A stretch of DNA of 38,842 nt from a bacterium (GTDB lineage Bacteria > SZUA-182 > DTGQ01), in contig JBFMGO010000046.1 of assembly GCA_040752695.1 (NCBI GenBank), forward strand, positions 1 through 38,842, written 5' to 3'. Below, piece after piece: positions 26,933-37,700 of this stretch. The first letter of the stretch is position 1. Each line of letters opens with the position of its first letter. A program made the translations under genes and the position numbers. The notes beneath the pieces were generated by a model. The model was not told the origin of the DNA. It did not search any database and saw only the letters and a program-made list of their open reading frames with translations.

Positions 26933-28981
26933 TTAATCTACAACCGCGGCGCACGTTATGGATCTTGTGGAATTTGCGCCGCCTCCATTCCATGATACGG
27001 TTATGACCACTTCAGCCACTTTGGGCGGGTCGGCATCATTAGGTTTATCGTCACAGAGTACATATGAAAGGATAGGCCCTCCGGACGTAGAGCTCGTATC
27101 CATAAAAAGGAATGATTTCGTCCCGCTTAATGATCCGGCAGAAGTTGAGATAGAGTAAGACGTGCCGGCAATCGGTATATTGAAGTTTTCATCTCCGATG
27201 AATACGTGGAATTCGAGCGATTGATTGTCTTTAATGATAAAGCCCGCACCCTTGGAACCCAGTTGTGTATAAAAGTCCGTAAGGATGTAAGGCTCGCCGG
27301 TTATAAGAAGGTCGATGTAATGGCAGATCGTCTTGTTCCCATCCCATGTACCATTCGTTCCGTCAAACGATCCATCCCCCCCCCGGTCAATTTCCAGATC
27401 TTCGAAGAGTCCGTTGAAAACATTATCATCATCCTTATCGATAAAAATGTCGTCATAGGTATCATCGAACGGTTCGCCCAAGTTGTACTTTCCATCGGCA
27501 TCTTGATCGGTAAATTCCTCCTCTCCATCGACGGTGGCTATGACCGTACACAGACCATCTCTTGGATTGGGGCTTTCAGGGTCGTTGTTGTTAACAGTAA
27601 CACCGAAGTAGGTGTTTAACTCATTTAAGAAATTTATTTCGCTTTGCGTCGGGAGTGTCTTGTGGGGAATGGGGCGCTGGGTTCTGAAGGTAACCGATCC
27701 CTGTCCTGTTTTATCCAGGGCTACCGACCGGGAGACACCTCCACTCTCGCTGTAGAAGGAAACGGTCGTTCCCTCCAGAACCTCGACATTTCCATGCCTG
27801 TCGGCGAGTCTGACGGTTATTTGTGATTCGATTCCGTCGAAAGCCAGCCCTTCGACATTCAGGGATGAGGCAGACAGGGAAAAGTGACTTTCGATAGGCT
27901 TCCCGCCGCCTATGGAGATCACGCCGGACGAGGTGGACAACTCGGTCCCTTGAACGGTTGCCGTCAGCGTTACCGGGCCCGGAATTACACCGCTGTGAAC
28001 ATCCACCACAGCCACGCCGTTTTCCGTGCTGATCGTAATTTTATCCGTACCCTCGGTATCGATATACTCTTCGCCCCCTGGGCCGAACAGTTCGATGTCT
28101 ACGCTTTGGGCCTCCTGGATAGGATCGCCCTTGTTATTCTTGACCATAAAGGTCACGATCGAGGTCTCGACCTGCCCTGATCCTTTCAGGCCGATAATGT
28201 TCGGCTCTGCCGACACAAACTCTATGCTTCCAACGTCGGCGCTGGCGACGGACACGGTCACATCCCCCGATGCAGATCCGGCCTGGGCGGTAATCTGGAC
28301 CTTTTGAGATGCCGCATCCACGGAAGCTTTGAACGTAGCCGATGCACTTCCATTGACGGTCAGGGCACTTTCAGTTACCGTGCCGTACAATTCGTTACCA
28401 ATTTGGAAATTGACCTGAGTGCCGTCCACTACCGGCTGATCATCTGAATCTAAGACCATGGCTTTGATGTGAGATGTGCCTTTGATCGAAATGGTGTTGG
28501 GATCAGCGCTGCACGTGATTTTCGCAGGCGGTGTGACATCTGAAATCTGAACATCGAGACTTCCCAGCACATTGCCCTCAGTTCCGCTGCTGGCCAGGAT
28601 CTTCACGATTCCTTCTCTATCTTTTGAGGTAAAATCTACCGTTCCGCTTCCCCCGCTGATCAGGACCGGGCTGGCAATCTTGCCGCGTGTCGGATCACTC
28701 AAGGCAAAGCTCACCATCGCTTCGCTGCTTAAGGGCTGTCCGCTTGCGGTAATGAGATCTACTTTGATCGTTAAGTTACTATTTGTACGGATAACCGTAT
28801 TTTTGTTTACCGAAGACAGATCAATTGCACCAATTTCGACAGGAATGTCCGAACCAGGGATAGGACCGCTGCCGCTGCTTTTCTCAATGCTATCCGGGTC
28901 AACCTTATCGCAGGAGGTCAAAAGGAAGAGCATCATCCCTATCACGAGCAAAATTGACTTTACAGAAATCTTCGTGGCCAT
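26933..28981 (-). CDS. Lipoprotein with invasin/intimin-type (Big_1) Ig-like domains
   Basis: Lipobox LLTSC, repeated Big_1-like units (VLDSDDQPVVDGTQVNF; VKNNKGDPI), acidic Ca-binding-like GEEEFTDQDADGKYNLGE. Start at ATG 28981 after GAGGAG; the ORF track starts at 28999. Confidence 0.75.
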   Translation of the reverse strand: MATKISVKSILLVIGMMLFLLTSCDKVDPDSIEKSSGSGPIPGSDIPVEIGAIDLSSVNKNTVIRTNSNLTIKVDLITASGQPLSSEAMVSFALSDPTRGKIASPVLISGGSGTVDFTSKDREGIVKILASSGTEGNVLGSLDVQISDVTPPAKITCSADPNTISIKGTSHIKAMVLDSDDQPVVDGTQVNFQIGNELYGTVTESALTVNGSASATFKASVDAASQKVQITAQAGSASGDVTVSVASADVGSIEFVSAEPNIIGLKGSGQVETSIVTFMVKNNKGDPIQEAQSVDIELFGPGGEEYIDTEGTDKITISTENGVAVVDVHSGVIPGPVTLTATVQGTELSTSSGVISIGGGKPIESHFSLSASSLNVEGLAFDGIESQITVRLADRHGNVEVLEGTTVSFYSESGGVSRSVALDKTGQGSVTFRTQRPIPHKTLPTQSEINFLNELNTYFGVTVNNNDPESPNPRDGLCTVIATVDGEEEFTDQDADGKYNLGEPFDDTYDDIFIDKDDDNVFNGLFEDLEIDRGGDGSFDGTNGTWDGNKTICHYIDLLITGEPYILTDFYTQLGSKGAGFIIKDNQSLEFHVFIGDENFNIPIAGTSYSISTSAGSLSGTKSFLFMDTSSTSGGPILSYVLCDDKPNDADPPKVAEVVITVSWNGGGANSTRSITCAAVVD

Positions 28982-29011
28982 TCTTTCATTTCTCCTCAAA
29001 TATAGGGGCTG

Positions 29012-30712
29012 CTATTTTTTTCCCACGATCCTGGGAGTAATAAAGATCAGTAACTCATCATATTTTTCGACATTTCCGTGCGATCTGAAGAGCCATTTGA
29101 TAACCGGGATATTGCCAAACCAGGGTACCTTTTGCTCATTATACTGCTGAGTGCGCTGGTAGAGTCCTCCGATTACCGTGGTGTCGCCATCCTTGACAAT
29201 CAGTTTGGTGGTAGCGGTGCGGGTAGTAATGGCCGGGACGCCGTTTACGGTCTGGGACCAATTGGGCTCGCTTTTGTCAGCCTCGATTTCCAGGGTGATG
29301 TAGTTATTCGGAGTGATATGAGGAGTGACCCCCAGTCTGATGCCTGCATCGACAAACCTGGTGGACTGTACTCCATCTTTATCTACAGAGGGGTAGGGAA
29401 TTTGTGACCCGCTTTTAATCTCCGCCTTTTCGTTATCAAGGGTGGCGATTCTGGGGTTTGATATGATTCGTCCCTTGCCATGAGACTCCATGCTGTCGAG
29501 TTCCAGGTTGAGCTGAACCATGTTGTTGATATGGCCCAGATCAAGCCCGATACCGCCAAGGACATCCCCTTTATTAGGAAGGTTGACTGCGTAATCACCA
29601 CCGCGAATTCCCGTAATGCCGATGGTTCGGGGAAATTTGTAGTTTGTTTCTTTTTGATACTTTCCGCCCCATCGTATACCCAGTTCCTTCAGGTAGTTTT
29701 TGCTCGTTTCCACAATCCGGGTTTCAATCATGACCTGGGGAGTCTCCCTGTCCAGATCGGCCAGGATCTCCTTGATCTTGAGGATATTTTCGGGCAAATC
29801 TTTAATAATCAGCGAATTTGTTCGCTCATCCACGATGATGGAGGAGGGTTCCATCAATCCTTTGGAGTCGCTGAGCATGGGGGAAATCTGATCTCTGAGC
29901 ATACTGGCCTGCGCATAATTGACCGGGATGATCTCAGTCTTAAGGGGGCGGTTGTTCTTCTCTGCCTGATCGGCCATATGCTTGGCCTGAATAGCTTTCA
30001 ATATGGCATCTTCTTCCTGCATAAAGGTTCTTTGTGTCCCTATGCGCATGATATTGCCTTCCATTCTCATGGCCAATTGGTTGGTCTTCAGGATAATGGC
30101 CAGTGCCTGGTCCCAGGGGACCGGATTCTGGAGGGTGACCGTGACCCTTCCCTTGACATCAGGATCGACTACCAGATTATGTTTGCTGATTTCGCCTATG
30201 ATACGAAGTACCGATCTGATATCCGCGTCCTGAAAGTCGAGAGAGATTGGTTTGCCTGTGTACTTTTTTTCCGGTGCGAGACCGGATGCATCAGTCTTTG
30301 ACTGAGCTTTCGCGGAACCGGTTTCGGAATTTGTACGGTTGCGGTTGGCCGACCGGACGATATCCCGCTCCAGGACAGGCGGCTTTTCTGCAAGGGGTGG
30401 ATCTGTCCAGGCATCGGTATGGGCCATGGCAAGACCACCGGGTCCCTTTGCGGCTGTCTGTGCATCCGGATATGTCTGTGAAGATACCTGTGGCTCTGCG
30501 AATCCCTGCGGCTGCGAAGATGCCTGAGGCTCTGAGGCTATCACAGACGGGTTTGAAGCTTGTGAAGTTTTACTGACCTCCCAAAGAGGCGGTGTTGAAT
30601 CGGCGAGTTCTGATTTACGTAAAGCGCAAGCACTTCCCTGGTAACACAGGAACAGGATCAGGATTATTCTGGCCTGGGTTCTCAGCCAATAAAATCTCCT
30701 TTTGGAATACAT
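29012..30712 (-). CDS. pilQ: Type IV pilus secretin PilQ
   Basis: YTGKPISLDFQDADIR, VPWDQAL, TPQVMIETRIVE, VPWFGNIPVIKWLF, ELLIFITPRIV. Start uncertain (30712 or 30754). Confidence 0.93.
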   Translation of the reverse strand: MYSKRRFYWLRTQARIILILFLCYQGSACALRKSELADSTPPLWEVSKTSQASNPSVIASEPQASSQPQGFAEPQVSSQTYPDAQTAAKGPGGLAMAHTDAWTDPPLAEKPPVLERDIVRSANRNRTNSETGSAKAQSKTDASGLAPEKKYTGKPISLDFQDADIRSVLRIIGEISKHNLVVDPDVKGRVTVTLQNPVPWDQALAIILKTNQLAMRMEGNIMRIGTQRTFMQEEDAILKAIQAKHMADQAEKNNRPLKTEIIPVNYAQASMLRDQISPMLSDSKGLMEPSSIIVDERTNSLIIKDLPENILKIKEILADLDRETPQVMIETRIVETSKNYLKELGIRWGGKYQKETNYKFPRTIGITGIRGGDYAVNLPNKGDVLGGIGLDLGHINNMVQLNLELDSMESHGKGRIISNPRIATLDNEKAEIKSGSQIPYPSVDKDGVQSTRFVDAGIRLGVTPHITPNNYITLEIEADKSEPNWSQTVNGVPAITTRTATTKLIVKDGDTTVIGGLYQRTQQYNEQKVPWFGNIPVIKWLFRSHGNVEKYDELLIFITPRIVGKK

Positions 30713-30888
30713 TCTCTTCCCCCTTGCGGGACAGGACGTCCCAAACCCACCCAAGACGAAAACCTCTCGTAGCTCAGGTGCTGTTTTTCACCTTTAGTCG
30801 TATTTTCGAATCATTAGCTTGTAGTTGTGTTCACACTTCTCGTGATATAAGGAGATTCTTTCTCTATCCCGTGCGGGCTTATAGCCCT

Positions 30889-31395
30889 TTATCTGCTTGT
30901 GATCAACTGGGGTTCATCTTCGGTACTATGAAGCTTCACCGTAACCTCTTCCGTTTTCGTCTTCCCCAGGTAGTCTGTCACTGAGGTTTGAACCTCAAAG
31001 TGGTCAGTCCCGACTTCTGTTACTTTCCCTCTCAGCCTTCCGATCCTTTCACCCTTTTTAACCAGGTAACATTTTCTGTCGGGCGCCTCCACTACGGCCA
31101 CTCTGCCTAACTCACCCCAGATAATGCCCACGAGTTTGAATTCGGAAAGGCTGTAATTGTATATCGGCAAAGAGGGGGCTTGAGGAGTCTTCAGCAGCTC
31201 AGCGGAAAAGGGTGACTTGAAGGGGTCTCGAAACTTTTCGGGCGGTTCAGTCTCTCCTGCCACCTGCTTCGTCTCTATTCTGGATTGCTCCGTCTTTCCG
31301 TTTGCCTGCTCGGTCTCCACCGGGGACATCCCGAAAATCAAAGGGAGAAAGAGGACAATGATGATCAGCAGATTGACATCCCTTTTTTTCTTCAT
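30889..31395 (-). CDS. pilP: Type IV pilus assembly protein PilP
   Basis: RDPFKSP, LSEFKLVGII, AVVEAPD...VKKGERIG, and position in the operon. Confidence 0.88.
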   Translation of the reverse strand: MKKKRDVNLLIIIVLFLPLIFGMSPVETEQANGKTEQSRIETKQVAGETEPPEKFRDPFKSPFSAELLKTPQAPSLPIYNYSLSEFKLVGIIWGELGRVAVVEAPDRKCYLVKKGERIGRLRGKVTEVGTDHFEVQTSVTDYLGKTKTEEVTVKLHSTEDEPQLITSR

Positions 31396-32027
31396 TTTTT
31401 CTTCCTTCCTTCTTTCCCCTTCGCCGAAGAAGCATTTGACTTCTCCTCAGGAGCCTTAGCCTGGAACCGGTAGGTGGTTGCTACACAGGTGGTTTCAAGG
31501 GTAACACGATCGCCGTTCAATTGGGGATTTCCTATCGTGAAGTCCTCAATATTGACGATACGGTCCAAGTCACTGATCGATTGAAAAAAATGGGCTACGT
31601 TGTGATAGGAACCCCGCACTCTGATATCGATCGGGAGTTGACGGTAAAAATCTCTCTCAACCTCGGCCTGCGGTTTGAAGAGCTTAAATTCGAGCCCCAC
31701 ACTACTGCCCAGATCGGAAATTTTGGTCAGGAGACTGGGAATTTCTTTTTCCGTGGGCAATTGAATTTGTGCGAGGAGAAATTCCTGCCGGAATTTTTCC
31801 ACCTCCTCCTGAAATGCCTCATAATTTTTACAAACCTTCTGCACCTCCTGCAATTCCTGCTGAAGTTTGGCCAAATCAGCAGTCATCTTATTCATCTGTA
31901 CCTGCTTGGGCCGTAAGATGACAAAGTTCCAGAAAGCGCCAAAGAGCATGATGAGCGAAATTAAAATCACAATCTTTTTAGCCGGGGTCAAGGATGCCAG
32001 TCTGTTGTTGATCGCCTTGACATTCAT
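31392..32027 (-). CDS. pilO: Type IV pilus assembly protein PilO
   Basis: N-terminal TM, coiled coil, LPTEKEIPSLL, GSYHNVAHFF...LDRIVN, ATTYRF. Confidence 0.92.
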   Translation of the reverse strand: MNVKAINNRLASLTPAKKIVILISLIMLFGAFWNFVILRPKQVQMNKMTADLAKLQQELQEVQKVCKNYEAFQEEVEKFRQEFLLAQIQLPTEKEIPSLLTKISDLGSSVGLEFKLFKPQAEVERDFYRQLPIDIRVRGSYHNVAHFFQSISDLDRIVNIEDFTIGNPQLNGDRVTLETTCVATTYRFQAKAPEEKSNASSAKGKEGRKKK

Positions 32028-32605
32028 TATCTTTTCTGCACCTCCCCTCCTTGCTGCTTCACTTGAGAATTCGGATCAGTAAGATTACAGGTAATTTTGA
32101 ATTTCTGTACCTTTTTATCCCCCATAGATTCCAGCTCGGTCTGACCCAGCTCTATCTGGGAAAGCGACCTGCTGCTTTCCAGGCACTTCATAAACTCAGC
32201 CACGTTATTGGCGGTGAGCGACCTGCCCTCCATGGTCATTTGCTTCCCCCTGGTGGACAGTGAAGAGAGCCAGATCTCATCCGGAATGACCAGGGAGATT
32301 TGATTCAGGATCGGAGCAGGGCCTTTTTGCTTCGACTTCAAGTCCCTGATGAGGCTGAGCTTTTTTTCTAAATCTTTTTTCTCTTCCTTGAGCTCGTTAA
32401 TTTTTTTTACCTTGGCATGGGAAGTTTCAAGCTGCCGTTTGGTCTCGTCGATTTGACGCTGAATGCCCTTGATTGAACATGCCAACTCGTAATACCAGAA
32501 AGATCCTACCCCAAACAGCACAGCCAGACAGGCGATCCCGATAATCAATTCCCGACCGGCGGACAAATTTTTCTTACTTTTGGCGAGCAGGTTGATTTTA
32601 ATCAA
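32027..32605 (-). CDS. pilN: Type IV pilus assembly protein PilN
   Basis: IKINLL N-terminal motif, TM, coiled coil, IPDEIWL. Confidence 0.92.
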   Translation of the reverse strand: MIKINLLAKSKKNLSAGRELIIGIACLAVLFGVGSFWYYELACSIKGIQRQIDETKRQLETSHAKVKKINELKEEKKDLEKKLSLIRDLKSKQKGPAPILNQISLVIPDEIWLSSLSTRGKQMTMEGRSLTANNVAEFMKCLESSRSLSQIELGQTELESMGDKKVQKFKITCNLTDPNSQVKQQGGEVQKR

Positions 32606-33663
32606 CGGTCATCCATCCTTCTCAAGGCTAATCCTACGGCCACGGTCATCATAGGAGCCACAGCGGTCAGCCAGTTGGTGTCGAATTGCTTCGGATTGAT
32701 TTGAATTTTCTGGAAAGGATTTACCCTCTCCACCTCAAGCTCGAAACGCTGAGACAGCGCCTGATCAATGCCGTCAGCTTTGGACGTGCCTCCACTGAGT
32801 AAAATTTTGGTTATGGGAGCATTATCCGCTGTAGCATGGAAATAGTCGAATGATCTTTGAATCTCGGAAAAAATTTCCTCATAAAAGCTCTCCCGCAATG
32901 CAAGCACCTGATCTTTTGTTACCCCCTCAACATTCTCCCCCTGATTGAGCCTCCTAGCCTGATCATAATCCAGATTCAGGCTGGTTTGCAGGATCTTCGT
33001 GTAACTATTCCCCCCCAATGATGCATCACGGGTAAAAACCGTTCCTCCTTCCCATAAGATATTCATGTTCATCGTATCAGCGCCGATATCAAGCAAAACC
33101 ATGTAGCTGCCCGTATCCTGGCTATTATTGATATCAAACTGGTTTTCCAGAGCGAATACATCAATGTCGATAACCGCAGGATTAAGGCCGGCTTGGGTGA
33201 TAATTGATACGACCTCCTGAATACGCTCTTTTTTAACAGCTACCAGGAGGACATCCATTTCCCCCTCACTTTTTTGCTGGGCATTTGTCATAATCTGGAA
33301 ATCTAAATTAACATCACTGATATCAAAAGGAATGTACTGCTCTGCTTCATAAAAGATGGATTCCGCCAATTCTTTTTCATTCATCACCGGCAGCTTGATC
33401 CTCTTGATAATTACCGACCGGCCGGAAACCGATGTGGCCACATTCTTTATGGCGATCTTTTGCTCTCGTACTAATTGCTTAATGGATTCAACGACTGTCT
33501 GTTTGTCCGAAATCTCATCTTCAGAGATAGCTCCCGGAGGTAAAGGCTTTAAGCCCGCCTTGACCAACTCATACCCTTTTGAATTCTTTTTCAGTTGAGC
33601 CAGTTTAAGGGAATCGGTCCCAATATCCAGCCCGATCAAATCTTTTTTCTTGAAAAGCCCCAT
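32602..33663 (-). CDS. pilM: Type IV pilus assembly protein PilM
   Basis: IGLDIG, EAEQYIPFDI, LDIGA, LSGGTS, AVGLALR. Confidence 0.95.
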   Translation of the reverse strand: MGLFKKKDLIGLDIGTDSLKLAQLKKNSKGYELVKAGLKPLPPGAISEDEISDKQTVVESIKQLVREQKIAIKNVATSVSGRSVIIKRIKLPVMNEKELAESIFYEAEQYIPFDISDVNLDFQIMTNAQQKSEGEMDVLLVAVKKERIQEVVSIITQAGLNPAVIDIDVFALENQFDINNSQDTGSYMVLLDIGADTMNMNILWEGGTVFTRDASLGGNSYTKILQTSLNLDYDQARRLNQGENVEGVTKDQVLALRESFYEEIFSEIQRSFDYFHATADNAPITKILLSGGTSKADGIDQALSQRFELEVERVNPFQKIQINPKQFDTNWLTAVAPMMTVAVGLALRRMDDR

Positions 33664-34216
33664 TGTTACCTACCTACTCTCTTATAAAAAGATTGGTTGA
33701 ATTAGGTTTATGTGTATATGTATTTTAATGATGTCAGATATGGATACAGGAAAAATTTTTATCTCTTTATTCCATTCTGAGGGGCGGTATGTCAAGGAAA
33801 TTCGACTGGTGAAATGACTGCACTGTGTCATCGGTGTCCGATGCCTTCTATGAATAATGGTATTATCCCGTGCTTTTTTATTTTTCAAAATATCGGCCTT
33901 TTACTGGCCGATTTCAGATGATTACGCTTTTGATTTTCCGCTGAGCGCTACTGAAAGATTTTTCGGCATGTATGGTCCGGTTAATCGGAAGGAAACCTGG
34001 TTGAGTATGATTTTGTCCGAAAAAGCTGTATAATTTGATTTAAATGAATGTAAAATTGAGGTGAACGAGTTTTTGTAAAAGATTCAAAAGATACCTGTTG
34101 AGCGGCCAGAGAGGGGATTTCACTATCAGTTACCTGGAGGGTGGACAACCGGAAAAAAACCGCTCAATGAAATTTTTATTCACCGTTTCCTCTTTTCATT
34201 AATAATGGGTGAAACC

Positions 34217-34768
34217 TTAGGGCATAACCATGGCTTGTGAGATTTCCCTGGCCTTTTGCCCGCCAAAAAGCAGCTCTACTAATTTCAGGGCAAACTCAAG
34301 AGCAGTCCCCGGCCCCCGGCTGGTAATGCAGGTGCCGTCCACGACTACCCTTGACTCCACTGCACTCGGATCTTTCAAGGAGTGTACAAAGTTCGGATGG
34401 CAGGTCGCTTTTCTTTGCGCTAAAAGCCCATGATGCTGCAAGACAACTGCCGGAGAGGCACAGATAGCGGCATAGAGCCCTCCTTGTTGCTGCTGGTGTT
34501 TAAGCATCGCCTCCAGCTCTTTTGAGTCCTTGAGATGCTCCGCTCCCGGCATTCCTCCCGGCAGGACAATGAGATCGTAGCTCTCATTCAGGCAATCAGC
34601 AATGCGTCGATCAGCAACCAGCTTCACTCCCCGTGAGGCGGTGATCTCAAGACCATCGACCGAGGCGACTGTTACCGATGCTCCTGCCCGCCTCAAGACA
34701 TCAATGATACATACAGCTTCTATCTCTTCCGTGCCATCGGCGATGGGCACCAATACCTTTTTCATCAT
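34217..34768 (-). CDS. yajL: DJ-1/PfpI family protein (YajL/ThiJ-like)
   Basis: GTEEIEA, LPGGMPGA, AAICASP (nucleophile Cys), TSRGPGTA. Confidence 0.88.
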   Translation of the reverse strand: MMKKVLVPIADGTEEIEAVCIIDVLRRAGASVTVASVDGLEITASRGVKLVADRRIADCLNESYDLIVLPGGMPGAEHLKDSKELEAMLKHQQQQGGLYAAICASPAVVLQHHGLLAQRKATCHPNFVHSLKDPSAVESRVVVDGTCITSRGPGTALEFALKLVELLFGGQKAREISQAMVMP

Positions 34769-37700
34769 GCATTACCTCCTTTTATCGTGTTAACGAAAAG
34801 GACATTTTGACTCCCGCTCCATTTCCTTGCTGAGAGATCTATTCGTCTAGAGCTTCTCCAAATGGATCGGATAAAGCAAAATCCCTCGCCCACCTTTTCC
34901 TTATAAGGCAAGTTTCCCTTGATGATAGTAATGGCCGAGTACCCGGTCTGGATTCCGTTGGGATCGAACAGTTTAAAAACGTAGCGGTTATCGCCTTCCT
35001 GGAGAGAGCCCTGATAGTTGACCGTGGATTGCCCCGCATAGGAAGGCAAAAGATCATCGTTGATGGTGAGGGTTGACTCGCGGCTGGGCTGGTCGATCTG
35101 TAAAAGAATACGGATGGCATCTTCATCGGTGGTATAGGTCATAGTATCGGTGAGGGCAGGCTCGACGATGCGCATGATTCCGGTGCAGATCACCAAAAGG
35201 CCGTCGCGTCCAATCTCTTGTTCCGATTCGTCAACTGCCTGATATACAAGGGTGTTTTCTCCCAGGGCAAGTTCAACCGAATCAGTCCAGGGAATGTTGT
35301 AGAGGTTGCCTTGCGGGTGGTCATCGGCCTGAAAGGAAATTTCGGTGTCATTCCGGTAGATCTTTCCCGTCGTAAAAGGGGTTTTCCCTTCGATAAGCAC
35401 GGTGCGTTCCTTGACGGCCAAAACATCCTGAGCCGGCCTGTCGATCCGGAACCTGATCAATGAGGGGTCGACCCAATAGACCTTAAGAAAGTCCAGGCCA
35501 ATCAGCGTATCCGAGGCATCGTAAGCCATAACGTAAAAATTATTTTCCCTTCCGGTCAGAATCATCTCCTGCTCCCAGACCGGGCTGCCTGCTGCATAAC
35601 TGGCAAGTGCCTGTCCATTGATCTTCACCGTGGAAGCTACCGGGTCATCCGAAGATAAAAAGACAGTTCCTCCTAAAGTGAGTTTTTTTTTCCCCGTGAT
35701 ATAATCACCTTCTGTTGTAGGACTCTCGATAGTTAGAACACCGGGATTGGAGATGATTATTTCATCTCTGCCCACAAGGTTGTTATCCAGATCATAAGCC
35801 ATAACGACAAAGGTCGTTGTTCCCAGCGGGATGGATGGATCGGTGCCCCACACCGTCTGATTGGCTTGGTAATCGGAAAACGCCTGGCCATCGATCAATA
35901 TTTGGGTGGTCTCGGCAGAGGTCTTTCCTCCGAGGCGGATGATACTCTTTTTGGTCTGGTAAAAAGGTGCCTCGGTAGGCTGCGTAATAGTGAGATTGCC
36001 AAAGCTCAGGCTGAACATGATGGTTATGGAATCAGTCCCGATCTCCAGCCCTTCGGCGTTGTAGGCAAAAGCCGTGATCAGGTTTTCTCCCGACTCCAGG
36101 GACAGGGTAGATGACCACATGGTGCTTCCGGCCTGATAACCGGAAATAACCTTTCCATTGACCCGAATCTGACTGGTGTTGGAAGGGGTTTCGCCGCCGA
36201 TGCTGATTTCCTGGTCTTCAGCCGTATACGTGTCGCTCTGAGTCGGGATGGTGATGCTAAATGCCTTATCCACAAATCCCGGCTGATACCGGATCAGGAT
36301 ACTGGCTTCACCAAGCACGCTCCCGTCGCCATCGAAGGATTTGAAGGTAAAGGTGTTGTTCCCCTCGGTCAGGGTCAGGGCGGGGGTGTTCCAGGAAACA
36401 GAAGAGGCAACGTAATTAGTGAGGGGTGTGTTATTCATGGTCAGAGAACTGGTAGACGCGGAAACTCTCCCTCCGACCGTAATCGTGGATTGGCCTGTCT
36501 GGTAAAAACCGGTTTCAGAGGGAGTCGTAATGGTCAGAGGATCTTCATTTCCGCCGCCGCCACCTCCTCCCTCGTGCGAGTAGAAAATGGATATGAAGTC
36601 GGTTCCGACCATATTTCCTGCGGCATCTTTAGCCGTGCAATAAAAAATCGTGTTCCCTTCCTTAAGGGTGACCATGGTTCCCCAACTGCTCTGACCGGCA
36701 GTATAGCTGGTGATTTTGTTTCCATTGATATCGATGCTCGATGCCTCAGACGAAACTGTTCCGCCTATGGTAAGGCTGGATGATTCGGTCTTGAAGCTTT
36801 CATTTTCCGAGGGGATAGTGATTTTAAACTTTTGCGCAGAGGTTACCGTGATTGTAATGCTGGAATTCCCCAGATCCCTGCCATTCGGATCAAGGGCCGA
36901 AGCATTGATAATGTTGTCTCCTACCTTCAGGGAGACGGGAGTATACCAGAACAGATCTCCTGCGCCGTAAGTGGATAGGACGCTCCCTTGAACTATTACC
37001 GAGCCGGTATTATGAGGAGTGACGCCGGAAACAGTGATCGAGGATCGTGAGGTATAATACGGCCCTTCATCGGGGGTGACAGGAGCGACGAAGGTAAAAA
37101 CAGTCTGCCCCTTACTCAGGGTAATATTTTTGACCAGGCTGTTTCCGTTCGAAAAGACAATCTTTTTCTCAATGGAGGTGTTATAATTCTCTTTTGCGGT
37201 CACCAGGGTATAGGTTCCTTCCACAATAGCGGGTAGGGAATAGCTGCCCGCAGCGTCGGTCATGGTCTGATAAAAAATCTCGGGCTGGAGGGTGGAAAAC
37301 AGGCCCACCATAGCGACGGGTACTCCCTTGCCGGCTTCGGATACGGTCCCGGAGAGGGAGGATAGAGCCATCGACGAATCCGACATGGGAATAAAAAAGC
37401 TGTTCGCCGTGGTATGCACATCTCTCCCCTGGTCGGAAGTTGAGGAGGCATCCTGATAAACCATGGTGCCGGGCAAAAGTGATGGAATTCGTATAACGCG
37501 AAAGGTGGCGGTAAAAAGGTCGGAATCATGTGGAATGATAAGAGAATTCTGCTTGATTGCCATCACTCTCAGTTTATTGCTTCGAACCAGGTTCACGTAG
37601 AGTGTCTTTTTGTCCTTCAGGGCAGGGGAGATCTGTACATCCTTATCCGGGGAAATGGAGAGAACTTGATTGTCAAAGATAATGTCAGTCATGATACCGC

